DNA from: an uncultured Candidatus Rokubacteria bacterium
GTDB taxonomy: Bacteria > Methylomirabilota > Methylomirabilia > Rokubacteriales > CSP1-6
Direction of reading: 5' to 3'
Length of the DNA: 64,000 nucleotides
Assembly (NCBI GenBank): GCA_963789955.1
Contig: CAWBMV010000012.1
Span: 320,001 to 384,000, forward strand
Under the pieces are notes generated by a model. That model searched no databases. It worked only from the letters and a program-made list of their open reading frames with translations, and was not told where the DNA came from. The position numbers and the translations under genes were made by a program. How positions within the stretch are numbered: position 1 is the stretch's first letter; every line of letters starts with the position of its first letter. Below, one piece after another: positions 44,902 through 54,161 of this stretch.

Positions 44902-45901
44902 CTCGAGCGAGGATTACGGGAGTCGGCGCGTTCCTCCCGAAGCGGATCCTGACGAACGCCGATCTCGAGAAGATGGTCGACACGAACGACGAGTGGATCG
45001 TGCAGCGGACCGGCATCCGCGAGCGCCGCATCGTCGACGAGAACGAGGCGACGTCCGACCTGGCCGTGCGCGCGGCGCAACAGGCGCTCGAGCGAGCCAA
45101 TCTCCTTCCCGGAAGACGTCGAGTTCATCGCGGTCGGGACGACGAGTCCGGACATGATCTTCCCGACGACCGGCGAACATCGTCCAGCACCGGCTCGGCT
45201 GCCGGCGCGCCGGTTCGGTGGACATGCTCGCGGCGTGCGCGGGTTCGGTCTACAGCCTGTCGGTCGGCTCGGCGTTCATCCAGTCCGGGAAGTACCGGCG
45301 CGTGCTCTGCATCGGGGCCGAGACGCTCTCGCGCATCACGGATTTCACCGACCGCGGGACGTGCGTGCTGCTCGCCGACGCCGCGGGCGCGGCGGTGCTC
45401 GAGGCGTCCGAGGACGAGCGCGGGATCATCGACTTCGATCTCTATTCCGACGGCCAGTACTGGGACCTGCTGTACATGCCGGGCGGCGGCTCGCGTCATC
45501 CCGCGACGAAAGAGACCGTCGATGCCCGGATGCACTTCGCCAAGATGAAGGGCAACGAGGTGTTCAAGGTCGCCGTCCGCCTGTTCGTGGACTGCGCCGA
45601 GCGAATACTCGCGCGCAACGGATTCACGGCGAAGGATGTGAGCCTGTTCATTCCGCATCAGGCCAATTTGAGGATCATCGAGGCGGCCGCCAAGCGTGTC
45701 GACCTCCCGATGGACCGGGTCTTCGTGAACGTCGACCGCTACGGCAATACCGGCGCGGCATCGGTCTACGTCGCGCTCGAAGAGGCCAACGCGGCCGGAC
45801 GACTGAAGCGTGGCGATCTCGTGCTCATCGTCGCCCTCGGCGGCGGTTTCGCCTGGGGCGCCGCCCTCGTGAGCGCGGGTGCGGGACTCGCGTCACTTTA
45901 G
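44898..45901 (+). CDS. fabH: 3-oxoacyl-ACP synthase III; frameshifts at about 45110-45180
   Basis: [20 protein letters not shown] and GNT motifs. Confidence 0.92.
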
Positions 45902-45911
45902 GCCACCCTCG

Positions 45912-46889
45912 GTGAAAGCCGGCCATGCACCCGCACACACCGTCGCGTTTCTCTTCCCCGGCCAGGGCTCGCAAGCCGTCGGGATGGGCAAGGGCTTCTA
46001 CGAGATGTCCGCCGGCGCCAAGGCCATCTTCGAGGAAGCCAACGATTCGCTCGGCTTCGATCTCGCTCGGCTCGCATTCGAAGGCCCGGAGGCCGAGCTG
46101 GCGCTGACCGCCAACACCCAGCCCGCGGTCCTGACCGCGTCGGTGGCCGCCGCGACGGCGTGCGCCGAGCGGGGCCTTCGGCCGACCCTGGCGGCCGGCC
46201 ACAGCCTCGGCGAATACACCGCGCTGGTCGTCGCCGGTGCGATCCGCTTCTCGGACGCCGTCCGCATCGTGCGCAAGCGCGGCGAGTTCATGCAAGAGGC
46301 CGTGCCCGTCGGGACCGGCGCGATGGCCGCCATCATGGGGCTCGAGCTCGCGGCCGTCGAGAAGGTGTGCGCCGACGCCGCGCAGGGCGAGGTGGTCGAG
46401 ATCGCGAACGTGAACTCGGCCCTCCAGATCGTCATCGCCGGCCACCGATCGGCCGTCGAGCGCGCCGTCGCGCTCGCCACCGAGCGGGGCGGGAAGATGA
46501 GCGTCATGCTCCCGGTGAGCGCGCCCTTCCATTGCTCGCTCATGGCGCCGGCCGGCGCGCGGCTCGAGCCCGAGCTCGACGCCGCCCGCGTGACGGATCC
46601 GCGCGTGCCGGTCGTCCGCAACGTCGACGCCGGGGTCACGCGCAAGGCCGATGACGTGCGGCCGTTCCTTCTGCGCCAGGTCGCCAGCCCCGTCCGGTGG
46701 ACGGAGTGCGTCCAGCGGCTCGCCGCCGAGGGCGCGACCGCCTTCGTCGAGGTGGGGCCGGGCCGCGTGCTCTCGGGATTGCTCCGGCGCATCGTCAACG
46801 GCGCGCGGGGGCAGTCGATCGAGGATCCGGCCGGCCTCGAGAAGGCGCTGACTGCCGTCGCGGGCGGCGGTGCCGAGTCGCGCTCGTGA
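45912..46889 (+). CDS. fabD: Malonyl-CoA:ACP transacylase
   Basis: FPGQGSQ, GHSLGE and SAPFH motifs. Confidence 0.95.
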   Translation: MKAGHAPAHTVAFLFPGQGSQAVGMGKGFYEMSAGAKAIFEEANDSLGFDLARLAFEGPEAELALTANTQPAVLTASVAAATACAERGLRPTLAAGHSLGEYTALVVAGAIRFSDAVRIVRKRGEFMQEAVPVGTGAMAAIMGLELAAVEKVCADAAQGEVVEIANVNSALQIVIAGHRSAVERAVALATERGGKMSVMLPVSAPFHCSLMAPAGARLEPELDAARVTDPRVPVVRNVDAGVTRKADDVRPFLLRQVASPVRWTECVQRLAAEGATAFVEVGPGRVLSGLLRRIVNGARGQSIEDPAGLEKALTAVAGGGAESRS

Positions 46890-47635
46890 AGGGCCCTCTC
46901 GATGGCAAGGTCGCGATCGTCACCGGCGGCAGCCGCGGGATCGGCGCCGAGGTCGGCGCGCGGCTGGCCGAGGACGGCGCGGCCGTGGTAGTCTCGGGGC
47001 GCGACGGCGAGCGGCTGCAACATACCGTTCGCGAATGGGAAACGCAGGGCCGGGCGGTGCTCGGTGTCGTCGCCGACGCGGCGAGCCGCGAGGATTGCGA
47101 GCGACTCGTGAGCACGGCGAAGCAGCATTTCGGGCGCATCGACATCCTCGTCAACAATGCCGGCATGACGCACGACCAGTTGCTGGTGCGGATGACGGAC
47201 GAGGACTGGGATCGAGTGATGGAGGTCAATCTCCGCAGCGCGTTCTTGATGACGCGGGCGGTGAGCAAGGCGCTGGTCAGACAGAAAAGCGGCGGGCGCG
47301 TCATCAACATCACGTCGACGGCGGGCGCGATGGGCAACGCCGGTCAGGTGAACTACTCGGCGGCGAAGGCCGGGCTCATCGGGTTCACCAAGGCGGCGGC
47401 CCGCGAGCTCGCGCACTGGTCGATCCTCGTGAACGCGGTCGCCCCCGGGCTCATCGAGACCGACATGACCAAAGATCTGTCGGCGACCGCCCGCGAGGCG
47501 CTGCTCGCCCAGGTGCCACTCAAACGCAGCGGAACGGCCCGTGAAGTGGCCGAGATGGTACGATTCCTCGCCGGAGACGGGGCGACCTACGTCACGGGTC
47601 AGGTCTTCCACGTCAACGGCGGACTTTACATGTAA
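46886..47635 (+). CDS. fabG: 3-oxoacyl-ACP reductase
   Basis: [12 protein letters not shown] and NYSAAK motifs; operon context. Confidence 0.93.
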   Translation: MKGPLDGKVAIVTGGSRGIGAEVGARLAEDGAAVVVSGRDGERLQHTVREWETQGRAVLGVVADAASREDCERLVSTAKQHFGRIDILVNNAGMTHDQLLVRMTDEDWDRVMEVNLRSAFLMTRAVSKALVRQKSGGRVINITSTAGAMGNAGQVNYSAAKAGLIGFTKAAARELAHWSILVNAVAPGLIETDMTKDLSATAREALLAQVPLKRSGTAREVAEMVRFLAGDGATYVTGQVFHVNGGLYM

Positions 47636-47664
47636 CTCATCCTTTCCGTGGAGGTAACGGGTTC

Positions 47665-47901
47665 ATGGCGAAGTCAGTCGATGAGAAGGTGAAGGAGATC
47701 ATCGTCGAGCAGCTCGGGGTGGAGGAGGACGACGTCACTCCGTCGGCGAAGTTCATCGAAGATCTGGGCGCCGACTCCCTCGATACGGTCGAGCTGGTGA
47801 TGGCCCTCGAGGAGCACTTCGACATCCAGATCCCCGACGAGGACGCCGAGAAGATCGTGACCGTCGGCGACGCGGTCCAGTACATCAAGGACAACTCGTA
47901 G
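47665..47901 (+). CDS. acpP: Acyl carrier protein
   Basis: DLGADSLD motif; GGAGG RBS. Confidence 0.97.
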   Translation: MAKSVDEKVKEIIVEQLGVEEDDVTPSAKFIEDLGADSLDTVELVMALEEHFDIQIPDEDAEKIVTVGDAVQYIKDNS

Positions 47902-47904
47902 ACG

Positions 47905-49149
47905 GTGAATACGCGAAGGGTCGTCGTCACCGGTCTCGGGACCCTCTCGCCGGTCGGCAATACCGCGGACGAGTTCTGGACCGCGCTCATCCAGGGGCGC
48001 TCGGGCGTCGGGATGATCACGAGGTTCGACACCACCGGCTATCCGACTCGTATCGCCGGTGAGGTGCGGAATTTCGACCCGCTGAACTTCGTCGACAAGA
48101 AGGAAGCGCGGCGACTCGATCCCTATCTGCAGTACGCGATCGCGTCCGCGGTGCTGGCCGTCCAGGATGCCGCGCTCGACACCGGCAAGGTCGACGGCAA
48201 TCGGTTCGGCGTCCTCATCGGCTCCGGCATCGGCGGCATCTCGACGCTCCTCGAATCCCATCGGAATCTCATCGAGAAGGGGCCCGACCGGGTCTCGCCC
48301 TTCTTCATTCCGATGCTCATCGCGAACATGGCGTCAGGGCTCGTGTCGATGCGCTTCGGCGCCAAGGGACCGAACTCCGCCGTGGTCACGGCGTGCGCCA
48401 CCGGCAACCACGCGATCGGTGACTCGTTCAAGATCATCCAGCGCGCGGACGCCGACATCATGATCGCCGGCGGCTCCGAGGCCATCATCGTCCCGCTGAC
48501 GATCGCCGGCTTCTGCTCGATGAAGGCCATGTCCACGCGCAACGACGAGCCGACGAAGGCGATGCGGCCGTTCGACGCCAACCGCGACGGCTTCGTGGCC
48601 GGAGAGGGCGCCGGCATCCTCGTGCTGGAGTCGCTCGACCACGCGCTCGCGCGGGACGCGCGGATCTACGCCGAGATCGTCGGCTACGGGATGACCGGCG
48701 ACGCCCATCACATGACGGCGCCCGATCCGGAGGGCGACGGCGCGGCGCGGGCGATGGCCGCGGCGGTCCGAGACGCGGGGCTGGACGTCTCCGACGTCGG
48801 GTACATCAACGCCCACGGGACGTCGACGCTCTACAACGACAAGTTCGAGACGATCGCCATCAAGCGGGTCTTCGGCGACCACGCGCGGCGCCTGGCCGTC
48901 TCCTCGACGAAGTCGATGACGGGCCATCTGCTCGGCGCCGCCGGCGGCATCGAGGCGATCGCGACGGTGCTCGCGCTGCATCACGGCGTGCTGCCGCCGA
49001 CGATCAACTACGAGACACCCGATCCCGACTGCGACCTCGACTACATCCCCAACCAGGCGCGCAAGCAGGACGTCGAGGTGGCGCTCTCGAACGCGTTCGG
49101 CTTCGGCGGCACGAACGCGACGCTGGCCTTCCGCGCTTACCGCAAGTAG
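47905..49149 (+). CDS. fabF: 3-oxoacyl-ACP synthase II
   Basis: [19 protein letters not shown] and FGFGG motifs. Confidence 0.96.
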   Translation: MNTRRVVVTGLGTLSPVGNTADEFWTALIQGRSGVGMITRFDTTGYPTRIAGEVRNFDPLNFVDKKEARRLDPYLQYAIASAVLAVQDAALDTGKVDGNRFGVLIGSGIGGISTLLESHRNLIEKGPDRVSPFFIPMLIANMASGLVSMRFGAKGPNSAVVTACATGNHAIGDSFKIIQRADADIMIAGGSEAIIVPLTIAGFCSMKAMSTRNDEPTKAMRPFDANRDGFVAGEGAGILVLESLDHALARDARIYAEIVGYGMTGDAHHMTAPDPEGDGAARAMAAAVRDAGLDVSDVGYINAHGTSTLYNDKFETIAIKRVFGDHARRLAVSSTKSMTGHLLGAAGGIEAIATVLALHHGVLPPTINYETPDPDCDLDYIPNQARKQDVEVALSNAFGFGGTNATLAFRAYRK

Positions 49150-49593
49150 GTGGATCCGCTCCGCGTCGCCGAGCTGGAGCGACGGCTCGGCTACCGGTTC
49201 CGTGAGCCGCGGCTTCTCGAACAGGCGCTGACGCACGCCTCGTACGCCAACGAGCATCCGCCGGCGGCGGATCACTCACGCCTGGCGTTCCTCGGTGACG
49301 CGGCCCTCGCGCTGGTCGTCGCCGACCGCGTGATGGCCGGCGACGCGTCCGCGCCGGTCGGCGCTCTCACATCCCAGCGCGCGGAGCTGGTCGCCGAGGC
49401 ACGGCTCGCGCGCTGGGCCGCCGATCTCGAGCTGGGAGCCCTTCTGCGTCTGGGTCGCGGCGAGGACCAGTCGGGCGGGCGCACGCGCGACTCGATTCTG
49501 GCCACTGCGCTCGAGGCCGTGCTCGGCGCGATCTATGCGGAGGGCGGCCTCGAAGCCCTGCGCGACACGGTGGGGCTTCTGGCCGCGTGGTAG
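49150..49593 (+). CDS. RNase III catalytic-domain-only protein with a degenerate signature
   Basis: QALTHAS, RLAFLGD and EAVLGAIY motifs; sits at the usual rnc position after fabF; no dsRBD. Confidence 0.85.
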   Translation: MDPLRVAELERRLGYRFREPRLLEQALTHASYANEHPPAADHSRLAFLGDAALALVVADRVMAGDASAPVGALTSQRAELVAEARLARWAADLELGALLRLGRGEDQSGGRTRDSILATALEAVLGAIYAEGGLEALRDTVGLLAAW

Positions 49594-49601
49594 CCTGAAG
49601 C

Positions 49602-50807
49602 ATGCGCTGGTGGCCGATCCGGGCGCGGGCGCGGCGTCTTCCGCCGCCGCCTCCGCCGGACGAGATGCTCGTCATCGAGGACCGCCTGCGCCGGAACGTC
49701 GAGGACGTCCTGTCGATCCGCGACCGCCAGATTCGCGGCGGGATCGTGGTGTTTCGCGGCAACCTCATGACCGAGCCCGCCCGCGCGCTCGATCTGCTGA
49801 TCGCGCGCTTCCGCCCGTTCGGCTACACGCCGTATCTGCGAGAGGAGGCGGGCGGCGCCGCCGTCCAGGCCTGGCCGGTTGCGGAGACGGCGCCGCGCTG
49901 GCGGATCGGGGTCAACCTGGCTCTGTTCGCGCTCACCGTGGTGTCGACGCTCGCCGCGGGGCTCTCGTTCGTCGGCTCGCCGACGTTCGATGCGCTACGG
50001 TCGACTCCGTCCGCGGCCCGATTCCTCGCCGGGGCGCCGTTCGCGTTCACCTTGCTGGCGATCCTCGGCGTCCACGAGCTCGGTCACTACTTCACGGCGC
50101 GCCACTACCGAGCGTCGGTGAGCCTTCCGTACTTCATCCCGGCGCCGTTCCTCTTCGGCACGCTCGGGGCCATCATTCTCATGCGATCGCCGGCGCGCGA
50201 CCGGAACTCGCTGTTCGACATCGCCGCGGCCGGGCCGCTGGCCGGACTGGCCGTCGCGCTGCCCGCAGGCCTTCTGGGTTTCGCGTGGTCTTCGGTCGTG
50301 CCGGTGCCGGCGGGTGGCTACATGGCGTTCGGCGACTCGCTGCTCACGTGGGGACTCGCCTACCTGCGCTTCGGACACATCCCGCCGGGGTACATGCTCT
50401 TCACGCATCCGATGGCCGACGCGGCGTGGGCCGGATTTCTCGTCACCGCGCTGAACCTCTTCCCCGTGGGGCAGCTCGACGGCGGCCGGATCGCCTACGC
50501 GCTCTTCGGTCGGCATCACCGGAAGATCGGCAAGGCGACGGTCGTGGCGCTGCTGCTCCTCGGCGCCTGGTCCTTCGTCTGGAGCCTCAGGGCTCCGGGC
50601 GCCGACACCCTCTCGGCGCTGGCCGCGTCGCTGAACTGGTTCGTGTGGGCGGGCCTGATCTCGCTGCTCGTGGGCTTTCACCACAGCCCACCGCTCGACG
50701 ACCTGTCGCCGATCTCGCCCGGCCGTCGTGTCGTGGGCATCGCGTGCCTGGTCCTGATGGTGCTGCTGATTCCGCCGCCGATGAACCCGCTCGTCGCGAT
50801 TCGCTAG
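49602..50807 (+). CDS. Site-2 protease (M50) family protein
   Basis: HELGH and NLFPVGQLDGG motifs. Confidence 0.92.
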   Translation: MRWWPIRARARRLPPPPPPDEMLVIEDRLRRNVEDVLSIRDRQIRGGIVVFRGNLMTEPARALDLLIARFRPFGYTPYLREEAGGAAVQAWPVAETAPRWRIGVNLALFALTVVSTLAAGLSFVGSPTFDALRSTPSAARFLAGAPFAFTLLAILGVHELGHYFTARHYRASVSLPYFIPAPFLFGTLGAIILMRSPARDRNSLFDIAAAGPLAGLAVALPAGLLGFAWSSVVPVPAGGYMAFGDSLLTWGLAYLRFGHIPPGYMLFTHPMADAAWAGFLVTALNLFPVGQLDGGRIAYALFGRHHRKIGKATVVALLLLGAWSFVWSLRAPGADTLSALAASLNWFVWAGLISLLVGFHHSPPLDDLSPISPGRRVVGIACLVLMVLLIPPPMNPLVAIR

Positions 50808-50850
50808 CAGGCTGCGCAAAAGGTCCAGCGGGACCCTTTGCGCAGCCTGC
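50807..50850. repeat. 20-bp inverted repeat (REP/MITE remnant or terminator)
   Basis: GCAGGCTGCGCAAAAGGTCC-AGCG-GGACCCTTTGCGCAGCCTGC, with one mismatch. Confidence 0.8.
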
Positions 50851-50893
50851 CGACTCGTGACACATGCCAGCCCGGTACGCTACTATCCGCGTC

Positions 50894-52267
50894 ATGCCGG
50901 GACGGCTCGATCGCAAGCGACTCGCGCAGCTCATCGAGAAGGGCGACGTCGACACCGTCCTCACCGTGTTCCCCGATGCGCTCGGCCGCCTCATGGGCAA
51001 GCGCGTCGTCGGCCGTTACTTCCTCGATCACGTCATCGACGACGGCGCGCACGCCTGCATCTACCTCTTCACCGTCGACATGGAGATGGAGCCGCTTCCC
51101 GGGTTCAAGCTCACGTCGTGGGAGCGCGGCTACGGGGACATGAAGATGGTCCCGGATCTCGCGACCGCGCGGATCATCCCGTGGCTGCCGAAGACCGCGC
51201 TCGTGTTCTGCGACGTGTTCACCGAAGAGGGGGAGCCGATCGAGGAAGCGCCGCGCTGGATCCTCAAGCGGCAGATCGAGCGCGCGACGGCCCTCGGCTA
51301 CGTCGTCAAGACCGCGGCCGAGCTCGAGCTCTATTGCTTCAAGGAGTCGTTCGAGGAGGCGCGCCGAAAGCGCTATCACGACCTGACACCGGTGTCCGGC
51401 TACCTCGAGGACTACCACATCCTGCAGACCTCGAAGGAAGAGCCGCTGATCCGCGCGATCCGCAACGGCATGGAGGCCGCGGACGTTCCGGTCGAGACCT
51501 CGAAGGGCGAGTGGGGCCGCGGACAGGAAGAGATCAACCTCCGCTACGCGGAGGCGCTCGAGATGGCGGATCGCACCGCGCTCTACAAGCACGGCGCGAA
51601 GGAGATCGCGCACCAGCAGGGCTCGGCCATCACGTTCATGGCCAAGTACGACATGACCGCCGCCGGCTCGTCGTTCCATCTGCATTCGTCGCTCTGGGAC
51701 AAGACCGGACGCAAGGCCTTGTTCGCGTCGGCGGGACGAGGCGCCAAGACCACCAGCACGCCGCTCTTCGGTCAGTGGCTGGCCGGCCAGATGGCGATGG
51801 CGCGGGAGTTCGCGTACTTCTATGCGCCGGGCGTGAACTCGTACAAGCGCTATCAGTCCGGGTCGTTCGCGCCGACGCGCATCGTGGCCGGCTGGGACAA
51901 TCGCACGTGCGGCTTCCGGCTCTGCGGCGAGGGCGGCGGATTTCGGGTCGAGAACCGGATCCCCGGCGCCGACGCCAATCCCTATCTCGCCTTCGCGGCG
52001 ACGATCGCGGCCGGGCTGCACGGGATCGCGAGTACCTTGAAGCCGCCCAAGCCCTACGACGGTAACGCCTACGAAGACGCGACCCTGCCCCAGGTGCCCA
52101 AGACGCTCCGCGAGGCGATCGCCGAGCTCGAGCGCTCGAAGGTCGCGCGCTCGGCGTTCGGAGAGCGCGTCGTCGATCACTACCTGCACGCCGCGCGGCT
52201 GGAGCAGCAGGCGTTCGACCAGGTCGTGACCGACTGGGAGCTCGGGCGCAATTTCGAAAGGATCTAG
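50894..52267 (+). CDS. Glutamine synthetase-like protein (gamma-glutamyl-amine ligase, PuuA type)
   Basis: ELE, EWGRGQEE, TFMAK, HLHSS, DNR and ENRIPGADANPY motifs. Confidence 0.9.
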   Translation: MPGRLDRKRLAQLIEKGDVDTVLTVFPDALGRLMGKRVVGRYFLDHVIDDGAHACIYLFTVDMEMEPLPGFKLTSWERGYGDMKMVPDLATARIIPWLPKTALVFCDVFTEEGEPIEEAPRWILKRQIERATALGYVVKTAAELELYCFKESFEEARRKRYHDLTPVSGYLEDYHILQTSKEEPLIRAIRNGMEAADVPVETSKGEWGRGQEEINLRYAEALEMADRTALYKHGAKEIAHQQGSAITFMAKYDMTAAGSSFHLHSSLWDKTGRKALFASAGRGAKTTSTPLFGQWLAGQMAMAREFAYFYAPGVNSYKRYQSGSFAPTRIVAGWDNRTCGFRLCGEGGGFRVENRIPGADANPYLAFAATIAAGLHGIASTLKPPKPYDGNAYEDATLPQVPKTLREAIAELERSKVARSAFGERVVDHYLHAARLEQQAFDQVVTDWELGRNFERI

Positions 52268-52272
52268 CGAGC

Positions 52273-53387
52273 GTGAGCGACCGAGAGTGGATTCTCCTCA
52301 ACCCGGGCCCGGCCAACACGAGCCGCGAGGTTCGCGAGGCGCTGGTGATGCCGGATCTCTGCCACCGCGAGCCGGAGTTCTTCGAGGTGATGCGCGACTG
52401 TCGCGAGCGGCTCGTGCGTCTCGCCGAGGGCGGCGACGGCTTCGCGGCCGTCCTGTTCACGGGCTCGGGCACCGCGGCCGTCGAGGCGGCGGTGGCCTCC
52501 GCCGTGCCGGCCGACGGCGGCCTTCTCGTCATCGACAACGGCGTCTACGGCGATCGTTTACTTCGCATCACGCGCGCCCACGGGATCCGGGCTCACGCGC
52601 TGTCCTACGACGTGGCCACGGCGGCGCGTCCCGACGACGTGCGCGCGGCGCTGCGCGCGGACCGTCAGCTGACCCACGTCGCGGTCGTGCACCACGAGAC
52701 GACCACGGGTGTTCTCAATCCCGTGGCCGAGATCGCACGCGCCGCCGCGTCCGAGGGACGCCGCGTCCTGGTCGACGCGATGAGCTCGCTCTTCGGCGAG
52801 CCGCTCGACGTCACTCAGGACGGGATCGACTTCGTGATGGCCAGCGCCAACAAGTGCCTGCAGGGCGTGCCGGGGATCTCGTTCGTGCTCGCCCGGCGGC
52901 AGGCACTCGACGCGCTCCGGGGCAAGCCGCCGCGCAGCGTCTATCTCGATCTCTCCAACCACTACGTCACGCAGGAGCAGGACAACACACCGTTCACACC
53001 GGCGGTCCAGGTCCTGCACGCGATGCGACAGGCGCTGCGGGAGCTCGAGAAGGAAGGCGTGCCCGAGCGGATCGCCCGGTACGCGCGAGAACGCGCGGGT
53101 CTTGCGCCGGGGCATGACGGCGCTCGGCTTCGAGATGCTCGTGCCCGAGGGCGCTCGCTCGAGCATCCTCACGACGTTCAAGCTGCTGCCGGGCATCGGC
53201 GTACGACCCGCTCCACGACGCGATGAAGCGCCGCGGCTACATCATCTACGCCGGGCAGGGGGACATCCGGAAGTACGCGTTTCGCGTCTCGAACATGGGG
53301 ACGCTCACGCCGACGGACATGCAGGGCGTCGTCAACGCGTTCGGGGAGAGCGTCGCGGAGCTGCGGCAGGCCGGAGGGATGCGATGA
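52273..53387 (+). CDS. phnW: 2-aminoethylphosphonate:pyruvate transaminase-like class V aminotransferase; frameshifts near 53085 and 53200
   Basis: LLNPGP, HHETTTG, DAMSS, SANKC, FTP and IYAGQ motifs. Confidence 0.75.
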
Positions 53388-54148
53388 GCGGCCGGCTCGC
53401 CGGGAAAGTCGCGCTGATCACCGGCGCCGGCATGGGCATGGGTCGCGAGACCGCCGCGCTCTTCGCCGAAGAGGGCGCCCGGATCGTCGTCGCCGACATC
53501 GACGCCGAGGCGGCGAAGGGGACAGTCGCGCGGGTCGAGAAGGCCGGCGGCCAGGCGGTCGCGGTGACCGGCGACGTCGCGATCGAGGCGGACGTCCAGC
53601 GAATGGTCGAGGAGGGCGTGCGCCGCTTCGGCGCGCTGCACGTTCTGCACAACAACGCCGGCGTCCTGTGGAAGGATCGCGACCGCTCCGTGCTCGAGAC
53701 CGACGATCGCTGGTGGGATCGCGTCATGGCGATCAATCTGAAATCGGTCTTCTGGGTGACGAAGTACGGAATCCCGCATCTGCAGCGCGCGGGCGGCGGC
53801 TCGATCATCAACATGGGCTCGGTCTCGGCTCTGGCCGGCTTCACGCGGGCGCAGGACGCCTACACCGCGGCGAAGGGCGCCATCATCTCGCTGACGAAGT
53901 CCCTGGCGATCCAGTTCGCGCGCGACCAGATCCGCTGCAACGTGATCCACCCGGGCATCGTGGACACGCCGCTCCAGGCGCCGTACCTCACCGACGCGAT
54001 CCGGAAGGAGTTCGAGACGGGCATCCCGCTCGGGCGGATCGCGCAGCCGCGCGAGATCGCCTACGTCGCGCTGTTCCTGGCGAGCGACGAGTCCTCGTTC
54101 ATGACGGGGGCGGAGCTGGTCGTCGACGGCGGCTTCACCGCCGGGTAG
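53384..54148 (+). CDS. Short-chain dehydrogenase/reductase
   Basis: TGAGMGMG and YTAAK motifs. Confidence 0.9.
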   Translation: MSGRLAGKVALITGAGMGMGRETAALFAEEGARIVVADIDAEAAKGTVARVEKAGGQAVAVTGDVAIEADVQRMVEEGVRRFGALHVLHNNAGVLWKDRDRSVLETDDRWWDRVMAINLKSVFWVTKYGIPHLQRAGGGSIINMGSVSALAGFTRAQDAYTAAKGAIISLTKSLAIQFARDQIRCNVIHPGIVDTPLQAPYLTDAIRKEFETGIPLGRIAQPREIAYVALFLASDESSFMTGAELVVDGGFTAG

Positions 54149-54161
54149 CGGGCCTCCGCCC

